Origin: Candidatus Poribacteria bacterium
Lineage (GTDB): Bacteria; Poribacteria; WGA-4E; WGA-3G
Length of the DNA stretch: 64,000 bases
Direction: 5' to 3'
NCBI GenBank assembly: GCA_965261435.1
Contig: CBDHDL010000021.1
Span: 2,715,950-2,779,949, forward strand
Numbering within the stretch: the first letter of the stretch is position 1; each line of letters opens with the position of its first letter. The notes beneath the pieces were generated by a model. That model had not been told where the DNA came from, made no database searches, and was given only the letters and a program-made list of their open reading frames with translations. Positions 50,501 through 60,398 of the stretch are shown piece after piece. The translations under genes were made by a program, and so were the position numbers.

Positions 50501-50658
50501 ATTAATATAAAACACATCACAAACAACAAAGAACTCACCCTCACCACATAAATGATTTATGAGATATGTTCTAAATAGTCCTGTCCATCCCGTTTTGCAT
50601 TTGACAATTACAGTTACATATACTACAATTTTACTTATCTATTCCTAAGGAGTTAGTC

Positions 50659-51864
50659 ATGAAACAGATTGAAGGTGGAATCACTTCTGTTGGAGGTGTA
50701 AAAGCCTCCGGTGTTCATGCTGGAATCAAAAAAGCAGAACTGAAAGATTTAGCACTCATCGTCACCGATACACCAGCGATTGCTGCGGGTGTATTCACAA
50801 AAAACAGCGTTACTGCTGCTCCTATATTGGTATGTCGGGAACATCTCAGCGATCCAACTGCACAAGCAGTTATAGTCAATAGTGGCAATGCGAATGCTTG
50901 TACTGGTGAAATGGGTATGACAAACGCATATCGTATGGCATCAGCAACAGCAGAGCAACTGAGCATTGATCCTGAACTTGTCTTAGTCTCATCTACTGGA
51001 GTGATTGGACAACAGTTGCCTATGGACAAGATTCATAATGGTATTCAGATGGTATTCAAAGCACTCAGTAGAGAAGGTAGTGCTGATGCAGAAGAAGCTA
51101 TAATGACCACCGATACACATCCAAAATCTTTTGCGGTTGAACTGGAGATTGATGGCAAACCTGTTAGAATCGGTGGAATTGCTAAAGGCGCTGGTATGAT
51201 TGCTCCAAATATGGCGACAATGCTCTCGTTTTTGACCACTGATGTTTGCATTAATAGTGATACCCTACAGACAGCTTTAAATGATGTTGTTGATGACACA
51301 TATAATCTATTGACCGTTGATACGGACCGAAGTACTAATGACACTGTTCTTATTCTGGCTACGGGTAATGCAGAAAACTCAGAAATTGTTAAGCCCAACG
51401 GCAATGCTTATGAACAATTCCGAGATGGATTGTTGTATGTATGTACAGAATTGGTAAAAATGTTAGCGCGAGATGGAGAAGGAGCAACTAAACTCGTTGA
51501 AGTTGTTATTCAAGGTGCGAAAAATAGAGACGATGCTGAAAAGGCTGCCCGGGCCGTTGCTGAGTCACCATTGGTGAAAACCGCTGTCTTTGCAAACGAT
51601 GCAAATTGGGGACGAATTATGATGGCAATCGGAAAATCTGGTGCCGAATTTGACCCTTATCAGGTAGATGTGCTACTCGGTGATTATCACCTTGTAAAAA
51701 AAGGAATGGACTCTGGTTATGACGAGGAAAAAGCTACACAGCTATTTGAAAATGATCCTGTACGAATAACAATAAATCTTCGTGCCGGTGAAGCTGAGAT
51801 TACTATGTGGACGTGTGACTATTCCTACGATTATATCCGAATTAATGCGGATTACCGCACATAA
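50659..51864 (+). CDS. argJ: bifunctional glutamate N-acetyltransferase / amino-acid acetyltransferase
   Basis: The autoprocessing site is ATMLSF, and the overall sequence is ArgJ-like (KASGVHAGIKK, TTDT..). Confidence 0.93.
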   Translation: MKQIEGGITSVGGVKASGVHAGIKKAELKDLALIVTDTPAIAAGVFTKNSVTAAPILVCREHLSDPTAQAVIVNSGNANACTGEMGMTNAYRMASATAEQLSIDPELVLVSSTGVIGQQLPMDKIHNGIQMVFKALSREGSADAEEAIMTTDTHPKSFAVELEIDGKPVRIGGIAKGAGMIAPNMATMLSFLTTDVCINSDTLQTALNDVVDDTYNLLTVDTDRSTNDTVLILATGNAENSEIVKPNGNAYEQFRDGLLYVCTELVKMLARDGEGATKLVEVVIQGAKNRDDAEKAARAVAESPLVKTAVFANDANWGRIMMAIGKSGAEFDPYQVDVLLGDYHLVKKGMDSGYDEEKATQLFENDPVRITINLRAGEAEITMWTCDYSYDYIRINADYRT

Positions 51865-51975
51865 TGACTTTACACACACAAAATAGAATTTAATTTGACA
51901 TCTTTTTGTTAATATGTTAAAATAAATTCGCTTTTAGTCCTAATACACCTTCAGTATTATTACCTAAGAGTATGT

Positions 51976-52050
51976 GCGGGAGTAGCTCAGTGGTAGAGCT
52001 CCACCTTGCCAAGGTGGAGGTCGCGAGTTCAAATCTCGTCTCCCGCTCCA
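51976..52050 (+). tRNA. tRNA-Gly (GCC)
   Basis: The cloverleaf was read by eye: GCGGGAG acceptor stem, anticodon loop TTGCCAA, TTCAAAT T-loop, and an encoded CCA. Confidence 0.9.
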
Positions 52051-52054
52051 TTTC

Positions 52055-52129
52055 GGTGGCGTAGCCAAGTGGTAAGGCCGGAGTCTGCAAAACTCCTATT
52101 CGTCGGTTCGATTCCGACCGCCACCTCCA
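52055..52129 (+). tRNA. tRNA-Cys (GCA)
   Basis: GGTGGCG acceptor stem, anticodon stem GGAGT/ACTCC with loop CTGCAAA, and an encoded CCA. Confidence 0.88.
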
Positions 52130-52142
52130 ATCTTTTCTATTC

Positions 52143-52216
52143 GGGCGGTTAGCTCAGGTGGCTAGAGCGTTTGCTTGACATGCAAGAGGTCACAGGTTCA
52201 AGTCCTGTACCGCCCA
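52143..52216 (+). tRNA. tRNA-Val (GAC)
   Basis: GGGCGGT acceptor stem, anticodon loop TTGACAT, T-arm ACAGGTTCAAGTCCTGT. CCA is not encoded. Confidence 0.85.
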
Positions 52217-52290
52217 TCCTTCCTGCTGTTTGAATAACGGTGTTCTCAGTATGTTATCATAAGTAATACATAAATGAGGATTCAAAGTTC

Positions 52291-53958
52291 ATGAAAACAT
52301 TCTCTTTTTTTCTTACAACCCTCTTAGCGACTTGTCTTGTCTATTTGCCGATAACGCTTTCCCATGAAGTTCCGCATACCACGTTCAGAGGGCACACGTC
52401 TTTTATATACAAAATCACTTTCAGTCCTGATGGTGATTTGTTGGCAAGTAAGAGCTCGGACGGTGCGTTGAAAATATGGGATGTTCATACCAAACAACTT
52501 AAGCATACAATTAACACAAGCCGAGGCGGCGGAATTGCATTTAGTCCAGATGGCAATATCCTGGCAAGTGGTGGTGGTTCAGATAATGTTGTGAATCTCT
52601 GGGATCCAAAAACAGGTGAACTATTGAGAACGTTGAAAGAACCACTTGATAATGTGTCAAGTGTTGTATTCAGTCCTGACGGGGATATCATCGCAAGTGG
52701 ATGTGCAGATGGTTGGGTGCGTCTTTGGAACACGCATACAGGAGAACTCCTAAGAGCGTTTCGAACTATCGATCAAGTTTCAATAGTTTTTAGAGATGAT
52801 GGTAGTATTATTTCTTATGATGTAAAGAATCATGAATTTCCTAAGAGACCTGAGATTATAGTTAGGGAACTGGAAACTGGACAACTTCTTTACACTCTTG
52901 AACCTGATGTACAGGAAGTGTTCGGTGTTACGTTCAATCCTGATCGAGACGTCGTGGCGAGTGCTGGGTGGAGTGGTGTTGAATTATGGGATGCAGATAC
53001 AGGCGAACTTTTACGGACTCTATCCCACGGGCATTCAGTTTTCTTCCAAACAGCATTTAGTCCTGATGGACGTATTATTGCAGGCGTGCAAGACTTTGGA
53101 GGTATCTGGTTATGGGATACTCAGAACGGATTACTTTTAAACAGTTTTAAGGCACATGACGGGGACGGATATGCCGTAGCGTTTAGTCCGGATGGTAGCA
53201 CGCTTGCCACTGCTGGTTCGGATGATTTGATACAACTTTGGCATATTACGCCACCTGATGATATAGAACCACCCCAGCCTCCTGATTTTTTAGTAAACAA
53301 GGACCTGCAAGAATGGGTTGAGGACTTTGAGGAAGACTCCCTCACTTCATGGACGAAACGCGAATTGCAGCGAGAAAGAGTTACTTGGCAGGTAAAGAAC
53401 GGTCGTATGCATGCGCGAACAGTCGCATGGTGTAATGGACGATTGAATCTCGGTGATAGCTTGGCGCATCAAACCAATTACACGCTTAGATTCACAGGGT
53501 TACCGCTTGATGTTGAACAGTTAAGTGTAAAACTTAACATACATTCAACGGATAATGCTAACGTTGGCATTTTCATGGGTCAGGATCCTCAAGATGAACT
53601 GACTCATCCATTAGAATATGCATATCAATTCGCGGACCATCGATTAGGCGGGCCAGAAATATTGAGTGGGTCAGGTCCACCACAGATAAGTTTTAATTTA
53701 GACGAGATAGAGGTCGTGTTTGATAACGGACATTTCTATCTTTATTCAGATGATGAATACATCGCTGACTTTAATACGAGAACACTTAAAAAGACTGACT
53801 TTATCGGAATCGTCGTATTTCCTAAGAGATGTTTTGAAATCGCTGAGGCAGTCGTGGATGATTTTGTGATTTCAGGCCCATCAATTCTTGATGGGAGTTT
53901 AGATGTTCATCCTAAGGACAAAGTTACTGTTTTATGGGGTAAGCTTAAGCAACAATAG
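52291..53958 (+). CDS. secreted WD40-repeat protein fused to a ~240 aa C-terminal module ending ..VTVLWGKLKQQ
   Basis: It has a signal peptide, about 7 WD40 blades (FSPDG..LAS...D..VRLWN), and a C-terminal module homologous to the 54016..54741 product. Confidence 0.8.
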   Translation: MKTFSFFLTTLLATCLVYLPITLSHEVPHTTFRGHTSFIYKITFSPDGDLLASKSSDGALKIWDVHTKQLKHTINTSRGGGIAFSPDGNILASGGGSDNVVNLWDPKTGELLRTLKEPLDNVSSVVFSPDGDIIASGCADGWVRLWNTHTGELLRAFRTIDQVSIVFRDDGSIISYDVKNHEFPKRPEIIVRELETGQLLYTLEPDVQEVFGVTFNPDRDVVASAGWSGVELWDADTGELLRTLSHGHSVFFQTAFSPDGRIIAGVQDFGGIWLWDTQNGLLLNSFKAHDGDGYAVAFSPDGSTLATAGSDDLIQLWHITPPDDIEPPQPPDFLVNKDLQEWVEDFEEDSLTSWTKRELQRERVTWQVKNGRMHARTVAWCNGRLNLGDSLAHQTNYTLRFTGLPLDVEQLSVKLNIHSTDNANVGIFMGQDPQDELTHPLEYAYQFADHRLGGPEILSGSGPPQISFNLDEIEVVFDNGHFYLYSDDEYIADFNTRTLKKTDFIGIVVFPKRCFEIAEAVVDDFVISGPSILDGSLDVHPKDKVTVLWGKLKQQ

Positions 53959-54015
53959 ATACATTACGTTTGAAATGAGTCTGCTGCACTGTCAATATTC
54001 CCATGGAGGAAACGC

Positions 54016-54741
54016 ATGACATTATTTTTCCGGTTTACTCTATTTCTTTGTCTGATACCATTCATTCATATTGCAACTGCTAATGGTGCATCGTGGGTTG
54101 AAGACTTTAACGATTTATCTTTCAAATCATGGGTAAAGGATGATCCTAACAATCGGTCTACTTGGCAGCCAAAAGATGGATACTTAGATGTCTGGGCTCA
54201 GCCTTTTCCACCACCTGGAATATATGATACGTATGCACTACAGTTCAACGGATTTCAATTTGATGCACAAACAATTAGTGTGCAACTCAAGATTCTTGAA
54301 GCACGCGGCGGAAGTGTTGGTATTCTTATCGGACAATATGATGATGGGCAATTGAGTATATATCGCAAGACAGTTGCATTTCTACACACAGCTGCTCTAA
54401 GCGGAGTGATTTTTAAACCTAAGGAATTTGAGATAATTAAAAAGGATAAAACAGATAAACCAATTCCTACGCCACTTAAGGCAATAGAGATCTCATTTGA
54501 CAAGGGTGATTTTGAGGTGTATACCAAACGGCAATTTATCGCAAAATATCATATTCCTCAACTCAAGACAGTTAATTTCCTCGGGATAGTTTCTATAGTA
54601 GATATGGGACGGGGTGCGATTGCACACTTTGTTTTAGATGACTTTGTAATTTCTGGTCCCAATGTTCCTGCACACGGAACATTAGACGTGATTCCTAAAC
54701 ATAAGGCTGCTGTCCTGTGGGGTAAGCTAAAAAAACGGTAA
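54016..54741 (+). CDS. secreted protein consisting of the same C-terminal module, ending ..AAVLWGKLKKR
   Basis: It has a signal peptide. SWV(E/K)DF.., F(L/I)GIV.., and DDFVISGP..LDV.PK.K..VLWGKLK are shared with the 52291 product. Confidence 0.7.
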   Translation: MTLFFRFTLFLCLIPFIHIATANGASWVEDFNDLSFKSWVKDDPNNRSTWQPKDGYLDVWAQPFPPPGIYDTYALQFNGFQFDAQTISVQLKILEARGGSVGILIGQYDDGQLSIYRKTVAFLHTAALSGVIFKPKEFEIIKKDKTDKPIPTPLKAIEISFDKGDFEVYTKRQFIAKYHIPQLKTVNFLGIVSIVDMGRGAIAHFVLDDFVISGPNVPAHGTLDVIPKHKAAVLWGKLKKR

Positions 54742-55149
54742 TTAAGTGTTTTGCCCGATTTCGGCGTGACTGTTACGTCGGCTACAAGGATATAATCGCT
54801 TTCACTATCAAAGAGATGTGCGCGAAAAAACACCCAGAAGAGTGTTGTCCACGGCACAAACGTGTTGAAAAAGCGTTGTATAGTGCGGTAACTACCGCCT
54901 TTTGATGTCCACCAAGAGATATTTTACATTGTCACTCGTCCCGTCATCGCAAGTTTAGCAAATACAATGTGCGATAACTGTCGTATAAGCGTTGTAGATA
55001 AATATGGAATAAAAACCTTAAACAGTGCTATAATGTCTGGCATGGGCGATTGTCCTTTCAAAGTTATTTTTTATTCTATCTATAACTTTAGGACATTTGC
55101 CCAATTTATTAAACAATTTTGGCGAAGGTATTGTAATAAGGAATATATA

Positions 55150-57654
55150 ATGAAAATTTTGTTTATCCTATCAATCACAGTTCTAATTGTATTCGCTGTT
55201 GGATGTGATGAAATGCAAAATCAGATGACGAAACCTACGATGATGTCTGACGACGAAGTTCCGCCAGAGGATGCCGTAGTTACATCCGTGGGTACGATGA
55301 AGGAGCCACCTGCTGAAACTGATGACAAAAAAGAGGAACCTGCTACGGAGACCGATGATTCTCAGGATGATTCCTCTGATGAGAAAGAGACCGATGATTC
55401 TCAGGATGATTCCTCTGGGACACCTCAAACTATGGAAGAGGATACCACTGATGAGAATAACGTTCCAATGGAAGATCCCCCTGATGTCCCACCAACGCCT
55501 ACGGCAACCTTTGTAAGCGCTTCACCCACAAGCGGAGATATATCGGAAAACGATAGCATCACCATCGAATTTGACAACGACCCAGGCACCGTAACAGCAA
55601 GTGCCGGGACAGTCACAGGGTCTGGTAATTCGCGGACAATCAACGGTCCTTTCTCTGTCGGGCCGCTGACTCTGACAATTTCATGGACAAACGGTGACGG
55701 AAGCTACACACTGAACTATAACGTCGTTGCCGTAGATACAACCTCACCATCAGTTACAATCAGCAGTACTACAAACGGTGCTACGGACGTTGACCCTGAT
55801 GCAGTATTTGCAAGTGGCATCACCGTCTCCTTCAACGAACCGATTAGTAGCGGAAACCTGATGTTGTTGAGAAACGGTGTAGATGTCGGTTGGACAGCAA
55901 GCACTTCAGGTAGGACAATCACGCTCACTGCAAATACTGGTCAAGAACTCAGCCACGAAACAACATATCAGATCGTTGGCACTGTCAAAGACGCAGCCGA
56001 TAACGAAACCAATGTTAGCATCAGCTTCACAACCGGATCTGCACCTCCGCCGCCAACGCCTATTGCAACCTATGTAAGCGCGTCACCCACAAGCGGAGAT
56101 ATATCGGAAAACGATAGCATCACCATCGAATTTGACAACGACCCAGGCACCGTAACAACAAGTGCCGGGACAGTCACAGGGTCTGGTAATTCGCGGACAA
56201 TCAACGGTCCTTTCTCTGTCGGTCCGCTGACTCTGACAATTTCGTGGACAAACGGTGACGGAAACCACACACTGAACTATAACGTCGTTGCCGCAGATAC
56301 AACCTCGCCATCAGTTACAACCAGTAGTATTACTAACGGTGCTACAGACGTTGACCCTGATGCAGTATCTGCAAGTGGTATCACCGTCACCTTCAGCGAA
56401 GTGATTAGCAGCGGAAACCTGAGGTTGTTGAGAAACGGTGTAGATGTCGGTTGGACAGCAACGATTTCAGGTAGGACAATCACGCTCACTGCAAATACTG
56501 GACAAGAACTCAACCACGAAACAACATATCAGATCGTTGGCACTGTCAGAGACGCTGCAGATAACGAAACCAATGTTAGCATAAGCTTCACAACCGGATC
56601 TGCACCTCCGCCGCCAACACCTATCGCAACCTATGTAAGCGCGGCACCCACAAGCGGAGATATATCGGAAAACGATAGCATCACCATCCAATTTGACAAC
56701 GACCCAGGCACCGTAACAGCAAGTGCCGGGACAGTCACAGGGTCTGGTAATTCGCGGACAATAAACGGTCCTTTCTCTGTCGGTCCGCTGACTCTGACAA
56801 TTTCGTGGACAAACGGTGACGGAAACCACACACTGAACTATAACGTCGTTGCCGCAGATACAACCTCACCATCAGTTACAACCAGCAGTACTACAAACGG
56901 TGCTACGGACGTTGACCCTGATGCAGTATTTAAAAATGGCATCACCATCACCTTCAGCGAAGTGATTAGCAGCGGAAACCTGAGGTTGATGAGAAACAGT
57001 GTAAATGTCGGTTGGACAGCAAGCATTTCAGGTAGAACAATCACGCTCACTGCAAATACTGGTCAAGAACTCAGCTACGAAACGACATATCAGATCGTTG
57101 GCACTGTCAGAGACGCAGCCGATAACGAAACAAATGTTAGCATCAGTTTCACAACCGAATCAGCACCTCCGCCACCTGAGCCACTGGCTCCGGGAGAAGG
57201 CTTAAGGATCGGTGTCGAAGCACCAGATTTTACATTGCCTGACGGTAGTGGAAACGACAACACCCTTTCGGACAGCATCGGTAGCAGTAATATTGTAATC
57301 GTGTTTTTCCGAGGTAATTGGTGACCGGTTTGTCGAGGGCAACTCAGTGAGTTGCAAGAGAACTACGATGCCATTTCAGCAGCCGGCGGATCGCTCATCA
57401 CTATTAGTGTAGATACTGTCACCAAGACCCAGGAAACAGTAGACCTACTTAGTCTCACGTTCACTGTGCTGTCTGATACCGGCCAATCAGCAGTTTCGGC
57501 TTACAACGTAGTTTCTCAAATTAATACTGCTCTTCCCCGTCCTTCAGTCTTTATCATTAAGACAGATGGAACTATTGGATGGAAATCTCTTGATTCTACG
57601 TATTCAAGGACTTCTGCTTCTACCATTATAAGTGCATTGAAAGAACTTGATTGA
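55150..57654 (+). CDS. lipoprotein with three ~180 aa Ig-like tandem repeats, C-terminally fused to a TlpA/redoxin-like thioredoxin-fold domain; in-frame TGA at 57322-57324 is a candidate selenocysteine codon
   Basis: The lipobox VFAVGC follows the ATG at 55150 (RBS AAGGAA). ORFs 54967..57324 and 57352..57654 are in the same frame, separated only by the TGA. Read-through gives FFRGNW-U-PVCRGQ, aligning to the redoxin FWASWCGPCR motif. A hairpin lies 14 nt downstream. Confidence 0.55.
57339..57355 (+). other. candidate bacterial SECIS-like hairpin (GCAACUC-AGU-GAGUUGC)
   Basis: It has a perfect 7 bp stem. Its apical loop contains G and U and lies 22 nt after the UGA, within the 16-37 nt window described for bacterial SECIS elements. 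Confidence 0.4.
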
Positions 57655-57984
57655 TGCTTCCTTGTTTCTAATTGCAAATTATGCTACCTGGGCGTGGTAT
57701 CATACGCGTATGATACCCTATAAAGTTAGGCTTAGAAAGCCTTCCAACAAGAGAGAATCTGGTAATTATGTTCTTAAATTGACAGTAATGGGGTTTCGCT
57801 TTTGTTTTACCCATAAATCAACGATGTGAATGCGCGGATGGCATTTGGCCAAATCAACACCAAATGCGCGTATAGCATTTGGTAGGGACGATATGTTTAT
57901 AGTTAAACGTTACTATAGTTTGGACAGTTTTCAGATTGTTTTGTGTTGTTATGATTCATTAGAATACGTTGCTTACATCGTGAA

Positions 57985-58213
57985 TGAAATACACCTTTCG
58001 CCCCGCTGGGGCTTAGGATAGAGATACAAATATGCTACTATACACCTTTCGTCCCTCTGGGACTGTCGGATTGATGTAGTTTCTATTTTTGCTGAGTTTC
58101 TAAACGACATAAGACTATATTAATAAGAACAGAGCAGCCCCAGCGGGGCGACAGGTGTATAGAAATGTGAATAGAAAACAAATAGTCTTTAGCCCCAGCG
58201 GGGCGACAGGTGT
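57985..58213. repeat. four copies of a 24 nt motif (ATACACCTxTCGCCCCGCTGGGGC), two direct and two inverted, each with a GCCCC-GCT-GGGGC hairpin
   Basis: Seen in the intergenic region between convergent genes. Related GCT-loop hairpins occur at 62470-62545. Confidence 0.7.
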
Positions 58214-58250
58214 ATGGTTATGCAGACAGTTATTGTAGTCTTAAGTTAAG

Positions 58251-60398
58251 TCATTCTGTAGTTTGAAATAGTGATTCATCAATTTCTGAGTTTATCTTCA
58301 CACTTTTTATTCGCCTCTCAGAGTAAGGATTTCCATCAACATACTCATCAACACGATATGGTAACTTTACTCCGTTTATTTCTCTATAATCAGAATATAA
58401 TCTCTCTTTTTCAATTGTTACACCCTGTTCTGTCTCGCGAAATGCATACTTAACTACGTAATGTGTTTCATTACTAATATAGACCTTTAGAATTTCACCC
58501 GAAGGTTGCTTTACGAGAAGAATAGAAGTAGAAACTCCATCAATGTCTTCGGTTCCTGCATATAAAACAGACGCATCAGATTCTGTGAGATGGACAATTA
58601 GGTGAATAATGTCTCTAAAAACGGCATCTTTGAATGACCTTGACATTTCTGGTGGAAGTGGTTGTGCACCCTCAGGAATCATGATATAAGCAGCTTCCCC
58701 ATCATATACGATATTAAATGCGCCTTGTGGCGTGGTTATATCTTGTCGCATTTTGCCAGGATAATTCTGATATACAACAACATTTGCCACAACTTTTCCC
58801 ATCGGTGTAATCAGATCAGTTTGTCCTTCTGTAACAACATTTTTCACTGCTTTCAACATCTCCAGTCCACCGAGTGCGACAGCAACATTCGCGAGGATTT
58901 CCTTACCTTTAGCAATGTCGCCTTCTGTCGCTTCTGGTAATGGTTCGGATGGCGGCGGTTCAGTTTCTTTAATCTCAATCAGATTGACATCACCGAATTC
59001 ACTTAAAGGACGATCAAAGTTCTCTTGATTGCCTACCGTTACTATAGTCAGTGCATCTGGATGAAGATACTTTTGAGCAACAGCCTGCACATCTTTTGCT
59101 GTGACTTTAGCAATGTTAGCAGTGTATGTCTTAAGAAAATCTGGATCGAAATCTCGATATGCAAGCATCATCTGCTGAAAAGCAATCTGAGAGCTGCTCT
59201 CAAATCCGAATACGAAGGAGTTGATAAGCGAGTCTTTTGTCAGTTGTAATTCTTCGTCAGATATAGGGTTTTCGCGAATCTCACGTATGATTTCAATTAT
59301 GAGTGAGATCGCTTGTGCGGTTTTCTCAGAACTTGACCCACAATATGCAAACCATTCCCCTGGGTTTGTATAGAAACTCGTCTGCATAAGACTCCCAACC
59401 ATGTATGCAAGCCCGTGTTTTTCCCGTACCTGTTTCATCAAACGCGAAGTGAACCCTCCTTCCCCAAGTATTTCATTCATCACACGAAGTGCAAAGAAAT
59501 CAGGAAAATCGGGAGTACGTTTGATTCCAAGATGACCGATCAACATTGTCGTCTGGGGTAAACTTTTTTGAATATGGTTAACAGAAGGTTTGTATGTCAC
59601 CTCTACGTCTGGTATATTCGGATAATCTATATTGTTTATTATCCAACCTGCAAAAGCCTTTTCAAGCTGCTTAATCAACTTCTCGGTTTCAAAATCACCT
59701 GTAATAGAGAGCATAATGTTATTGGGATGGTAATACTTTGAATGAAATGCTTTCAAATCGTCAACTGTTATGCTTTCAACAGTTTCAATCTCCGAATACC
59801 AACCGAACGGATGTTCTTTTCCATAGAGAATTGCCGAAAAGTTCCGCCAAGCCAGTTGTATAGGATTGTCATTTCTTCTTCGGATAGCTTCAATTGCCTG
59901 CTGTTTGCGGAGATCAAGTTTGTCCTCTCTGAAAGCGGGGTTCCGCAGTACATCAGCAAAGATCTCTAACCCCTTTTCAATGTCTTCAGCCATTGTTGAA
60001 AGACTCACAGATCCGAATTCGGGAGACATACTGACCTCAACGGAGGCAGCCATAGATTCCAACTCTTCGTTTAATGCATCCGGTTCACGGGATATTGTAC
60101 CACCGGAACGCATAACACTTGCGAAAATTGATGCTAAGCCAATTTTATCTTTTTGATCATATATTGTACCAGTTTTGACAAGTCCGCTAATGTCAAATAC
60201 AGGTAATTCATGATCTTCAATAAGGTATAACGTCATTCCATTTGAGAGTTTTCTAACATCTGGAACGGGAGGATTGAATTGAATGAGGTCATAAGTTAGT
60301 TCTTCGTGAGGTTTCGCATGCAGAGATAGATTTCCCAACACAAAAAAGGCTGCAATGAGTATACAAATAGATAGTTTTTTGGTCGCAGATATATTCAT
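58251..60398 (-). CDS. secreted M16 family peptidase-like protein (non-catalytic partner subunit; no HxxEH)
   Basis: It has a signal peptide and the M16 N- and C-domain architecture. It is translationally coupled (ATGA overlap) to the upstream M16 gene. Confidence 0.75.
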   Translation of the reverse strand: MNISATKKLSICILIAAFFVLGNLSLHAKPHEELTYDLIQFNPPVPDVRKLSNGMTLYLIEDHELPVFDISGLVKTGTIYDQKDKIGLASIFASVMRSGGTISREPDALNEELESMAASVEVSMSPEFGSVSLSTMAEDIEKGLEIFADVLRNPAFREDKLDLRKQQAIEAIRRRNDNPIQLAWRNFSAILYGKEHPFGWYSEIETVESITVDDLKAFHSKYYHPNNIMLSITGDFETEKLIKQLEKAFAGWIINNIDYPNIPDVEVTYKPSVNHIQKSLPQTTMLIGHLGIKRTPDFPDFFALRVMNEILGEGGFTSRLMKQVREKHGLAYMVGSLMQTSFYTNPGEWFAYCGSSSEKTAQAISLIIEIIREIRENPISDEELQLTKDSLINSFVFGFESSSQIAFQQMMLAYRDFDPDFLKTYTANIAKVTAKDVQAVAQKYLHPDALTIVTVGNQENFDRPLSEFGDVNLIEIKETEPPPSEPLPEATEGDIAKGKEILANVAVALGGLEMLKAVKNVVTEGQTDLITPMGKVVANVVVYQNYPGKMRQDITTPQGAFNIVYDGEAAYIMIPEGAQPLPPEMSRSFKDAVFRDIIHLIVHLTESDASVLYAGTEDIDGVSTSILLVKQPSGEILKVYISNETHYVVKYAFRETEQGVTIEKERLYSDYREINGVKLPYRVDEYVDGNPYSERRIKSVKINSEIDESLFQTTE

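Noticed and set aside
50239-50547. ORFs 50239..50505 (+) and 50254..50547 (-) encoding FVGTGFPCPL or RTGKPSPYEQ decapeptide repeats; also considered as a CRISPR array
   Set aside because: The units are perfectly identical at DNA level (a slippage array), giving no evidence of coding constraint. It is not a CRISPR because the units are contiguous with no spacers and no cas genes are present.
55183-57278. Numerous short ORFs antisense or out of frame within the Ig-repeat lipoprotein gene
   Set aside because: They are repeat-derived artefacts.
57985-58213. Possible CRISPR array
   Set aside because: Only two direct copies per orientation, mixed orientation, and a variant repeat.
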